Shown here: piece after piece, positions 27,375 through 34,888 of the stretch
How the letters are laid out: each line of letters starts with the position of its first letter
Position numbering within the stretch: the stretch's first letter is position 1
DNA from: a virus
Lineage: Duplodnaviria; Caudoviricetes
Virus record (IMG/VR): IMGVR_UViG_3300020036_007076
Coordinates: 5,325 to 69,324 of that record
Direction: 5' to 3' (one strand)
DNA length: 64,000 nt
Program-made: the position numbers and the translations under genes
The notes under the pieces: generated by a model
Seen by the model: the letters and a program-made list of their open reading frames with translations, nothing else
What the model was told of the DNA's origin: nothing
The model's database searches: none

Positions 27375-27757
27375 GGGGTCGCCAGGCTTTTGCTGGATAC
27401 TTAAGTTCTTTGAGATGCATGTCGTGTTAGTATTGGAAACACGTAAATAACCTATATAAAAATCAAATGACGAAAAGTCTACTTTTACTTTCGAAGACGC
27501 AATGTCTTTCGTTGGTGCTGATTTAGCAGTAGCTGCTTAATCAATTTGGGTTGTATCCAACCTAGAAACAGAAGGATGCAAGAAATGAATAGAAAGTTTG
27601 AGTTGGTTTACAACTATTTAAATGAAACCGTTAGTCGTAATTGAACTATTTCTCAAAATCAATTATATTTTGTTAGTTTAGAAAAATTGACTAAACATGT
27701 AAATGAATTTCACTCAACACTTATCCAAACGAGGGTTCGATTCCCTCCGGCTCCACT
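27375..27757 (+). ncRNA. ssrA: tmRNA
   Basis: 5' GGGGTCG pairs with 3' CGGCTCC-A (G3.U70); T-arm GAGGG TTCGATT CCCTC; tag ORF 27469-27540 DEKSTFTFEDAMSFVGADLAVAA*. Confidence 0.9.
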
Positions 27758-27797
27758 TTTTCGAACTCCATATTCATATTTATAGTAAAATATAAGT

Positions 27798-28202
27798 ATG
27801 AAAATATGTTCGAAGTGTAAAAATGAAAAGGAGGAAAAGGAATTTAATAAAAATTCTAAAAACAAAAAAACTGGTTTATCTTCCTATTGTAAAGAATGTG
27901 TTAGAAATTCTTCCAAAATATATTATATAAATAATATTTCAATATATAAGGAAAATTACCAAAAACATAGAATTTGGTATGATGAATATAAAAGTTCTTT
28001 AAGATGTTCTAGATGTCCTGAAAACCATCCATCATGTTTAGAATTTCATCATTTAGATCCTAATGAAAAGGAAGGTGGAATATCTGAAATGTTGAAGAGG
28101 AGATTAGACAAAGAAATTATTTTAAAAGAAATTGAAAAGTGTATAGTATTATGTTCTAATTGTCATAAAAAAGAACACTATAAACCTTTTATACATAAAT
28201 AG
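27798..28202 (+). CDS. HNH endonuclease with N-terminal Zn finger
   Basis: CSKC..CKEC; CSRC..EFHHLDP..CIVLCSNCH. Confidence 0.85.
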   Translation: MKICSKCKNEKEEKEFNKNSKNKKTGLSSYCKECVRNSSKIYYINNISIYKENYQKHRIWYDEYKSSLRCSRCPENHPSCLEFHHLDPNEKEGGISEMLKRRLDKEIILKEIEKCIVLCSNCHKKEHYKPFIHK

Positions 28203-28274
28203 CGGGGTAGAGAAGTGGTCATCTCGCAAGCCTCATAAGCTTGAGATCGTTGGTTCGAATCCAACTCAGCGCTA
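28201..28274 (+). tRNA. tRNA-Met (CAT), irregular acceptor stem
   Basis: CAAGC CT CAT AA GCTTG; extra base in the 3' acceptor strand; overlaps the HNH stop codon. Confidence 0.7.
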
Positions 28275-28432
28275 CAACAATACCTTATCAGGCCTCTCGA
28301 CTACCAAAAATGAAGCCCAAATGAGTGAGGTCTTTTTATGTGAATCAAGTTGGGTAGAACAAGATATGACTATGGAGCTCTGTTAAAGAGACGTTTTTAA
28401 CATCTCCTAAACTTTTTTAAATTAAATAAAAA

Positions 28433-28603
28433 ATGGCATTACCTATTAAAAGTACTCCAACTTTATATGGAGAAGATGCAAGAAAATTTTTGGAAGCTAT
28501 AGCTAATCCGAAAAAAGCATCTCCAGAAGAAATCGCTAGAATGAAAGCTCATTATGAAGATTTTAAAAAGATAATGGAGAAAAGTAAAGAAAATTTTGAG
28601 TAA
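28433..28603 (+). CDS. small hypothetical protein; not in ORF track
   Basis: MALPIKSTPTLYGEDARKFLEAI...KENFE*. Confidence 0.65.
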   Translation: MALPIKSTPTLYGEDARKFLEAIANPKKASPEEIARMKAHYEDFKKIMEKSKENFE

Positions 28604-28769
28604 ATTAGGAAATTTAAAATTTCCATCATATATTAAAGTATAAGAAAAAATAATAAAAATTGTATTTTTACAAAATTTACAATATGTATAATAAGAATTG
28701 ATATTCCTTATAAACGAATGGATATAGTACAAGGGCCATTCATATCATCTTAACAATTTAAATAATAAA

Positions 28770-28945
28770 ATGAAAACAACTTACATACATAATCAATTTA
28801 GTCCGTGCCTTCAGGCGACGTATCGTTTATCGATTGTCGATAATAAGGGATGGGGTATAAACCATGGTTCGGTATTAGATGTAGTTTAATTAAGATATAA
28901 TTAAATGATTAATCCGAACCAGGTAAAAGAGGTTCGGATTTTTTG
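28770..28945 (+). promoter_or_regulatory. leader peptide (28770-28889) with antiterminator/terminator; probable attenuator of the tRNA operon
   Basis: 39 aa ORF rich in G/C-ending codons; terminator AATCCGAACC/GGTTCGGATT-TTTT; competing CCATGGTTCGG inside the ORF. Confidence 0.65.
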
Positions 28946-28959
28946 TTTTATATACATAC

Positions 28960-29033
28960 GCGTCTTTAGCTCAGTTTGGTAGAGCACTGGTCTCCAAAAC
29001 CATAGGTCGTAGGTTCGATCCCTACAGGGCGTG
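28960..29033 (+). tRNA. tRNA-Trp (CCA)
   Basis: CTGGT CT CCA AA ACCAT. Confidence 0.9.
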
Positions 29034-29038
29034 CGAAA

Positions 29039-29109
29039 GGTGAAGAGTGTGGGTTCGATACCCATCGAGCCGTTAGGTCGGCTTGTAGTTTAAGTGGTAA
29101 AACATCACT
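29039..29109 (+). ncRNA. circularly permuted tRNA-like RNA (YrlA/Y-RNA-like architecture)
   Basis: GGTGA - T-arm GTGGG TTCGATA CCCAT - CGAGCCG ttaggt CGGCTTG - D-arm GTTT AAGTGGTA AAAC - TCACT. Confidence 0.7.
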
Positions 29110-29117
29110 CATTATAA

Positions 29118-29202
29118 GGAAGGTTGGCAGAGAGGCTTATTGCACTAGTCTTGAAAACTAGAGGATGTAAAAGTTCCGTGAGTTCAAATCTCACACCTTC
29201 CT
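29118..29202 (+). tRNA. tRNA-Ser (TGA)
   Basis: CTAGT CT TGA AA ACTAG; long variable arm. Confidence 0.9.
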
Positions 29203-29211
29203 CAATAAATT

Positions 29212-29298
29212 GGAAGTTAGGTAAATATTGGTTTGTTACGATAACCTGCTAAGTTATTCCAGGTTACACTGGTGAGAGTTCGATTCTCTTGACTTCCG
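29212..29298 (+). tRNA. tRNA-Ser (GCT)
   Basis: ATAAC CT GCT AA GTTAT; long variable arm. Confidence 0.88.
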
Positions 29299-29310
29299 CA
29301 TAAAATATAT

Positions 29311-29380
29311 GGGCGCGATGCCGAAGGCAGGCGGAAACTTTTGCAAAGTTTTTATTAGGGTTCGATTCCCTCGTGGTCCA
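29311..29380 (+). tRNA. tRNA-Ala (TGC), irregular
   Basis: AAACT TT TGC AA AGTTT; G3.T70 pair and A73; bulged acceptor stem. Confidence 0.6.
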
Positions 29381-29431
29381 CAAAGGTTTAGTTTAGAGAT
29401 ATCTATTTTCCTTAAAAAATGAATTCCACCA

Positions 29432-29504
29432 CATCATATAGCTCAGCTGGTAGAGCATTTGTCTGATAAGCAAAAGGCCGTTGGTTCAACTCCAATTATG
29501 ATGA
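29432..29504 (+). tRNA. tRNA-Ile (GAT)
   Basis: TTTGT CT GAT AA GCAAA. Confidence 0.88.
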
Positions 29505-29558
29505 CTTAAAAAATTAAAAAATGGAAACAAGTAAGAAAATCGAGGACGATAAGATTAT

Positions 29559-29630
29559 GTCCTCGTGGCGAGAAGGCACGCGCAGTATACTTTTAATATA
29601 CGGGTAGGGGTTCGATTCCCCTCGGGGACA
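29559..29630 (+). tRNA. tRNA-Lys (TTT)
   Basis: GTATA CT TTT AA TATAC. Confidence 0.82.
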
Positions 29631-29640
29631 CAAAATATAA

Positions 29641-29713
29641 GCTTTGGAAGCTCAGAAGGTAGAGCGGCTGACTGTTAATCAGATGGATGTGGGTTCGACT
29701 CCCACACGAAGCG
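29641..29713 (+). tRNA. tRNA-Asn (GTT)
   Basis: GCTGA CT GTT AA TCAGA. Confidence 0.88.
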
Positions 29714-29724
29714 CAAAAAATAAT

Positions 29725-29809
29725 GGGAGTAAGGTGAATATAGGTTTGTCACCACGGTCTGTAAAACCGCAGCTTTACGTAAGGGTAGGTTCGATTCCTA
29801 CTACTCCCA
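29725..29809 (+). tRNA. tRNA-Tyr (GTA)
   Basis: ACGGT CT GTA AA ACCGC; long variable arm. Confidence 0.88.
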
Positions 29810-29814
29810 CTAAT

Positions 29815-29887
29815 GGATCTTTAGCAAAGTTGGTCAATGCGCTTGTCTGAAGAACAAGTTATATCGGTTCGATTCCGATAGGGTCCA
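29815..29887 (+). tRNA. tRNA-Phe (GAA)
   Basis: CTTGT CT GAA GA ACAAG. Confidence 0.88.
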
Positions 29888-29893
29888 CAAAAA

Positions 29894-29969
29894 CGTGTAA
29901 TAGAGGAGTCAGGTTTATCTCGCTTCATTTGGGATGAAGAGCACGCAGGTTCGAATCCTGCTTACACGA
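29894..29969 (+). tRNA. tRNA-Pro (TGG)
   Basis: CTTCA TT TGG GA TGAAG. Confidence 0.9.
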
Positions 29970-29974
29970 CGAAT

Positions 29975-30048
29975 GCCCTTTTAGCTCAGCAGGAAGTAGC
30001 GCTTGTTTTACATACAAGAGGTCGTAAGTTCGATTCTTACAGAGGGTA
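29975..30048 (+). tRNA. tRNA-Val (TAC)
   Basis: CTTGT TT TAC AT ACAAG. Confidence 0.88.
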
Positions 30049-30054
30049 CTATAA

Positions 30055-30128
30055 GCAGGTAACGCATAAATGGTGGTGCATTGGTCTTCCAAACCGAAAT
30101 AGAGCGAGTTCGATCCTCGCTACCTGCT
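30055..30128 (+). tRNA. tRNA-Gly (TCC)
   Basis: TTGGT CT TCC AA ACCGA. Confidence 0.88.
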
Positions 30129-30202
30129 CAAAAGTTAAAATAGGTCATGATGACGAGACGCCAAATCCACGACTCATATGAATACTAATTAACTTTTATT
30201 AC

Positions 30203-30274
30203 GGTCTATTGGTGTAGGGGTAACAGTACTGTCCTGTCACGGCAGTGTCGCGAGTTCGAGTCTCGCATAGACCG
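30203..30274 (+). tRNA. tRNA-Asp (GTC)
   Basis: CTGTC CT GTC AC GGCAG. Confidence 0.9.
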
Positions 30275-30323
30275 CGAGTTGCACCTTTTTGAACCCATAT
30301 AATATTTATAATAAAATATAAGT

Positions 30324-30734
30324 ATGAAAATATGTTCGAAGTGTAAAATAGAAAAAGAATTAGATAAATTCTTTAAAAATAAAATGAATTGTAAAGATGG
30401 ACATTCTGCTTGGTGTAAAAAATGTCAATTAGAACATAAAAAAATTCATTATATTAATAATAAAGATAAATATTCAGTTAGTTCATTTAATAGTAAAAAA
30501 TGGTTTATTGATTTAAAAATTGGATTAAAATGTATAAATTGTGGATTTAATCATCCTGCAGCATTAGATTTTCACCATGTTAATCCTAAAGAAAAACTTT
30601 TCCCTATTAATTATAGTAATTTTGGTAGAAAAAGTAGAGGAGAAATATTAAAAGAAATAGAAAAATGTATAGTTTTATGTTCAAATTGTCATAGAATAGA
30701 ACATTCAATTAAATATAATGAATATATAAAATAA
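30324..30734 (+). CDS. HNH endonuclease, paralog of 27798..28202
   Basis: MKICSKCK start; DFHHVNP..CIVLCSNCH. Confidence 0.85.
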   Translation: MKICSKCKIEKELDKFFKNKMNCKDGHSAWCKKCQLEHKKIHYINNKDKYSVSSFNSKKWFIDLKIGLKCINCGFNHPAALDFHHVNPKEKLFPINYSNFGRKSRGEILKEIEKCIVLCSNCHRIEHSIKYNEYIK

Positions 30735-30808
30735 GCTTCATACGCATGAATGGTGGTGCACCTCACTTGTAATGAGGAATAGATTCGGTTCGATCCCGGA
30801 ATGAAGCT
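30735..30808 (+). tRNA. tRNA-Thr (TGT)
   Basis: CCTCA CT TGT AA TGAGG. Confidence 0.88.
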
Positions 30809-30874
30809 CTGTGTTGCAACTAATCTGAGGGTCCACAGGTCTAGCCTCAGTTAAAATGACAAAAAGGCCGACCA

Positions 30875-30947
30875 GTACCCTTAGCTCAGATGGTAGAGCA
30901 GTTCACTCATAATGAAAAGGTCACAGGTTCAATTCCTGTAGGGTGCA
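30875..30947 (+). tRNA. tRNA-CAT (elongator Met or Ile2)
   Basis: GTTCA CT CAT AA TGAAA. Confidence 0.85.
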
Positions 30948-30952
30948 CATAG

Positions 30953-31025
30953 GGTGAAATGGTTGAGTGGTTTTAAACACTAGTCTGCAAAACTAGGTAG
31001 GTTGGTTCAATTCCAACTTTCACCT
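30953..31025 (+). tRNA. tRNA-Cys (GCA)
   Basis: CTAGT CT GCA AA ACTAG; U73. Confidence 0.88.
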
Positions 31026-31036
31026 CAAAAGTATAC

Positions 31037-31110
31037 TCTCCCCTCGTCTAATTGGCAGGATGCGATGCTTTGAACATTGCGATGGTTTGGTTCGAATCCA
31101 CCGGGGAGAA
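31037..31110 (+). tRNA. tRNA-Gln (TTG)
   Basis: CGATG CT TTG AA CATTG. Confidence 0.85.
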
Positions 31111-31115
31111 CATAT

Positions 31116-31191
31116 GGTGTTAATAGCTCAATTGGTCAGAGCGCTTGTTTGTGAGATAAGAGGTTATGGGTTCGATCCCCATTTAATACCC
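31116..31191 (+). tRNA. tRNA-His (GTG)
   Basis: CTTGT TT GTG AG ATAAG; G-1 and C73. Confidence 0.88.
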
Positions 31192-31196
31192 TTAAT

Positions 31197-31269
31197 ACAC
31201 CGTTAGTTTAACTGGATAGAATGAGAGGCTACGAACTTCTTGGTATAGGTTCAAATCCTATATGGTGTA
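31197..31269 (+). tRNA. tRNA-Arg (ACG)
   Basis: AGAGG CT ACG AA CTTCT. Confidence 0.9.
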
Positions 31270-31281
31270 CGTTTAATTAAT

Positions 31282-31357
31282 GCCCAACTGGCGAAACTGG
31301 TAGTACGCGTTAGTCTTAGAAACTAAATTTTTGTGGGTTCGAATCCCACGTTGGGTA
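31282..31357 (+). tRNA. tRNA-Leu (TAG), short variable arm
   Basis: TTAGT CT TAG AA ACTAA. Confidence 0.85.
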
Positions 31358-31378
31358 CAAATATTTATTATAAAAAAT

Positions 31379-31459
31379 GCTCCCTTGGTGAAACTGGTAG
31401 TACACGATGAGCTTAAGACTCATTGCCTAGGCGTGCGAGTTCGACTCTCGCAGGGAGTA
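31379..31459 (+). tRNA. tRNA-Leu (TAA)
   Basis: ATGAG CT TAA GA CTCAT. Confidence 0.88.
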
Positions 31460-31474
31460 CAAAAAATTAAAATT

Positions 31475-31984
31475 ATGCGGATACATAGAATAAATAAAGA
31501 TTTAACTAAAATATTAGTTCTTAACTCAGACTATTTACCTGTGAATGTAACTACATTCAAAAAAGCATATAAACTAGTATATAAAGGAAAAGCTGAAATT
31601 GTTGAGCAAGATAACTTATATAAAGTAAATGATAAATTTACTAAACCATCAGTTATTCGTTTAATTAAATATGTTAATATCCCATATAGAAAAGTAGTTT
31701 TATCAAGAGAAAATATATTTAAAAGAGATGAACATAAATGTGCTTATTGCCCATCAGTTAAAAATTTAACAGTCGACCATATTATTCCTAAATCTAAAGG
31801 TGGTTTAAATACATGGGAAAATTTAATTACTTGTTGTTTTTCTTGTAATGCTAAAAAAGGAGATAGAACTCCTGAACAAGCAGGAATGAAATTATCATTC
31901 AAACCTAGTAAACCTCACCCTATATATTTTATTTATAAAATACATAAAGATGTAGAAAAATGGCAACCATATTTAATGTTTTAA
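31475..31984 (+). CDS. HNH endonuclease (McrA-like)
   Basis: CAYC..LTVDHIIPKSKGG..TWENLITCCFSCNAKKG; start reassigned to MRIHR. Confidence 0.88.
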   Translation: MRIHRINKDLTKILVLNSDYLPVNVTTFKKAYKLVYKGKAEIVEQDNLYKVNDKFTKPSVIRLIKYVNIPYRKVVLSRENIFKRDEHKCAYCPSVKNLTVDHIIPKSKGGLNTWENLITCCFSCNAKKGDRTPEQAGMKLSFKPSKPHPIYFIYKIHKDVEKWQPYLMF

Positions 31985-32062
31985 GTTAATTAATTTTCTA
32001 ATACTTTATTGGGATTACAAAATCTTTTAACATATATTTATACAAATTAAAAATTAAAAGAT

Positions 32063-32275
32063 ATGAAAAATTTAACCTTTCCAAAGATTTTTACAATTTT
32101 AATGTTTGTAATTTCTGCAATTTTATTGGTAACTAATATATTTGATATTACTAATTTTGGTTACTTAAATATATTTGGTTTATTTTTAACTCCATTTCTT
32201 ACTATGGGAATATTTAATATATTAACTTTGATTTCCCATCCTATAGAAATTATGTTTATTTTACTTTTTGAATAA
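32063..32275 (+). CDS. small membrane protein
   Basis: hydrophobic; own promoter. Confidence 0.6.
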   Translation: MKNLTFPKIFTILMFVISAILLVTNIFDITNFGYLNIFGLFLTPFLTMGIFNILTLISHPIEIMFILLFE

Positions 32276-32289
32276 ATTAATTATTTAAT

Positions 32290-32769
32290 ATGGAAAAAAC
32301 ATTTAAATCTCTCACACATATAACTGAGGAAGAGGCTGAGAAATATATATCTTCTAAAGAAGATTTTAAAAATAATACATTACATTTTTTCACTTTAACA
32401 CCATTAGAAGATGGTTGGGAGCAAGTAAATTATTTTACTAAGCGAACCAAAAAACCTATTCCTACTATAGGTGAAGGAAAAGAAATCATATATATAATGT
32501 CTAATCCTACATATCCAGGTTTATTAAAAATCGGATATACAGGTAAAGAAATTGAAACTAGACGTAAAGATCTATCTAAAGCAACAGGTGTTCCTACACC
32601 ATTTAAAATTGAATTTGTTTATAAATTACAAGGTAGAGGAGAAGAAATGGAACGTGAAATCCACTCATATCTTAAAGAATTTAGAACTAGCAATCAACGT
32701 GAATTTTTTGAACTAGAATTAAAACCAGCTATTAATGCTGTAAAGATTGTAGGAAAAAATTATATTTAA
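32290..32769 (+). CDS. GIY-YIG superfamily protein (T5orf172-like)
   Basis: IYIMSNPTYPGLLKIGYT...ATGVPTPF...REFF. Confidence 0.8.
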   Translation: MEKTFKSLTHITEEEAEKYISSKEDFKNNTLHFFTLTPLEDGWEQVNYFTKRTKKPIPTIGEGKEIIYIMSNPTYPGLLKIGYTGKEIETRRKDLSKATGVPTPFKIEFVYKLQGRGEEMEREIHSYLKEFRTSNQREFFELELKPAINAVKIVGKNYI

Positions 32770-32951
32770 TTATTTTATCAATATTTTGATTCCATTTTGT
32801 GTAAGTTAATTTTTACATAATTTGGAATCATTATATATTTATATTATATTAACATGTAAAATAAATTTTTATTTTAAATTTTTAGTTTAATTAAACTATT
32901 TATTAAATTTAATTAAACCATTTATTAAAAACATTTTTTATATTTTTTAAC

Positions 32952-33377
32952 ATGGATATAAATAAAATATTTAACATTTTTTCTACTACAATAGAACCTG
33001 AGGATGAAGATAATTCCTTATTGGTTGATTTTTCATCTCACCCACTATATTGGATTGGGGGATTTAATAAAATCCTTAATAATCAAGATTTTTTCAAATC
33101 ATATACTGAGCATATTTTTAATACATTAGCTTCTGAGTTAGATCTAGATGAAGTAGAGAGAGCAGGAAAATTTCTTATGTTTGAAAAAGCGTGGGGATAT
33201 ATAAAAAATCTAAATACTGAAAATCATTTTCATTTAGAATGTATAAAAGAAAAATCTAATAATAAGTTTTTAGAAAATCTAATAACAACAATTGAATTTT
33301 TTGAGAAAGAAGAAGAATATGAAAAATGTTCTATTCTACATAATATCTCAGAAAAAGTAAAAGAATTCTTATCTTAG
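32952..33377 (+). CDS. hypothetical protein
   Basis: C-terminal EEEYEKCSIL helix. Confidence 0.65.
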   Translation: MDINKIFNIFSTTIEPEDEDNSLLVDFSSHPLYWIGGFNKILNNQDFFKSYTEHIFNTLASELDLDEVERAGKFLMFEKAWGYIKNLNTENHFHLECIKEKSNNKFLENLITTIEFFEKEEEYEKCSILHNISEKVKEFLS

Positions 33378-33527
33378 CTTGATTCTTATTTCTTTATAAT
33401 GTATATTGATAATACGGGTTAAAAAAACATTAGATAAACAGACGAATAAACAATAATAACGTTGGATAATGTGGGACCACATGGATAACGTTGGGTATAA
33501 AATTTAAACAAATAATTAAAACCAAAT

Positions 33528-33719
33528 ATGAAACATAGAGATGCAGTAACTAAAAAATTAGACAATATAGAATCTGATTTGAATAAATTAAATTTTAATC
33601 TAAATCAAGGAGATAGAGATAATTGTTTTTTAACAATTGATACTATCAGAGAAAAAATTGATCAAATTAAAACATACATTGAAAATGAACCAATCATTGG
33701 AAATGAATTAAATAGATAA
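33528..33719 (+). CDS. small coiled-coil protein
   Basis: ORF. Confidence 0.65.
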   Translation: MKHRDAVTKKLDNIESDLNKLNFNLNQGDRDNCFLTIDTIREKIDQIKTYIENEPIIGNELNR

Positions 33720-33741
33720 TAAATTAAAAAATAAAAAAGTT

Positions 33742-34536
33742 ATGAATTTTACTGCAGAACAAATCCAAAGTAATTGGGATTCACTTATTAATTATATAGA
33801 TAATTATATTGAAGAACCCCGTAGAACTAAATTAAAAGATTTCTATTCTAAATATCAGGAAAGAATCATTTTAATGCCAGCATCTCATAAAAAAGAATAC
33901 CACAATGCTTTCCCAGGTGGATATGTAGAACATGTTAATCGTGTTGTTTCAGCAGCCCTTCAACTTAATAGTGTTTGGGTTAATATGGGGGTAGAATTAA
34001 ATTATACCGAAGAAGAATTAGTATTCTCAGCTATAAATCATGATTTAGGAAAAATGGGTAGTGAAGAACATGAAGCATACTTACCTCAAACAGATCAATG
34101 GCGTAAAGAAAAATTAGGTGAAGATTATTTATTCAATACAGAATTAGAATTTATGACTGTTCCTGATCGTAGTCTATATTTACTTCAGACTCATGGAGTT
34201 GAATATACCAAAAATGAAATGTTAGCAATTAAATTACATGATGGTATATATGATGAATCTAATAAACCATATTTATTGGGTTGGCTTCCAGGACAAAAAT
34301 TACGTTGCTCTTTACCATTAATTGTTCATCAAGCAGATTTCTTAGCTTCTAGAATTGAATTTGAAAGAGAATGGTTTCCTAAATTTAAAAATAACTTGGA
34401 TAATGGAAAAACAAATGGTACATTACCTAAGAACACCAACGGAAAAAAAATCCCTATCAAAACAAAAGCATTAGGTGATATGAAAAGTGAAGGATTAAAA
34501 AAAGCATTTAATACTTTCTTTACCGAGGATAATTAA
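33742..34536 (+). CDS. HD-domain phosphohydrolase
   Basis: HNAFPGGYVEHV, NHDLGK, LHDG, HQAD motifs. Confidence 0.85.
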   Translation: MNFTAEQIQSNWDSLINYIDNYIEEPRRTKLKDFYSKYQERIILMPASHKKEYHNAFPGGYVEHVNRVVSAALQLNSVWVNMGVELNYTEEELVFSAINHDLGKMGSEEHEAYLPQTDQWRKEKLGEDYLFNTELEFMTVPDRSLYLLQTHGVEYTKNEMLAIKLHDGIYDESNKPYLLGWLPGQKLRCSLPLIVHQADFLASRIEFEREWFPKFKNNLDNGKTNGTLPKNTNGKKIPIKTKALGDMKSEGLKKAFNTFFTEDN

Positions 34537-34560
34537 CCTATTAAATTATAAAAACAAATA

Positions 34561-34592
34561 AAGGTTGTGTTTAATAGCACAACCTTTTTTTA
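34561..34592 (+). terminator. intrinsic terminator
   Basis: AAGGTTGTG tttaatag CACAACCTT followed by T run. Confidence 0.75.
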
Positions 34593-34613
34593 TCAACTAA
34601 ATTTAACAAAACA

Positions 34614-34883
34614 ATGGTAACTACAATTATTATTTTAATTTTTATTATTTTAATATTATTTTTTGTAATTTTTAATCTATTAAGAAAAAACGAAAAATGT
34701 GAAGATATTATTAACTCATATGAATCTTATATGACCAATTTATCTAACACAATCAACTTCTCAGATAAAAAACTAAAAGAGATTGATGCTAAAGGTTCAT
34801 TTGAAGGAGATGATGAAGTAGGTTTTTTCTTTAAACAAGTTAAATATTTACAAGAACAATTAAACAATTTTAAAATTCAATAG
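34614..34883 (+). CDS. membrane-anchored protein
   Basis: N-terminal TM segment. Confidence 0.7.
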   Translation: MVTTIIILIFIILILFFVIFNLLRKNEKCEDIINSYESYMTNLSNTINFSDKKLKEIDAKGSFEGDDEVGFFFKQVKYLQEQLNNFKIQ

Positions 34884-34888
34884 AATAT

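Larger units (their letters stand above)
33..32040 (+). promoter_or_regulatory. Dispersed early promoter repeat, consensus T(A/G)GG(A/C/T)(T/C)TACA-N11-C(A/G)TATATTTA, 36 copies
   Basis: Copies start at 33, 1415, 4482, 6158, 6762, 7309, 7738, 12241, 13425, 14637, 15629, 16058, 16919, 17489, 17924, 18316, 18771 (interrupted), 19622, 19838, 20210, 20452, 20882, 21316, 21648, 22116, 22429, 22741, 23170, 23453, 23886, 24129, 24337, 24642, 24894, 26376, 32010. Spacing is fixed and nearly all lie just upstream of a start codon. The TATATTTA box resembles the Bacteroidota -7 element TAnnTTTG. Confidence 0.85.

Noticed and set aside
29644-31474. ORF 29644..29850 and the N-terminal extension of 31331..31984
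   Set aside because: They run through tRNA genes; the HNH gene more plausibly starts at 31475.
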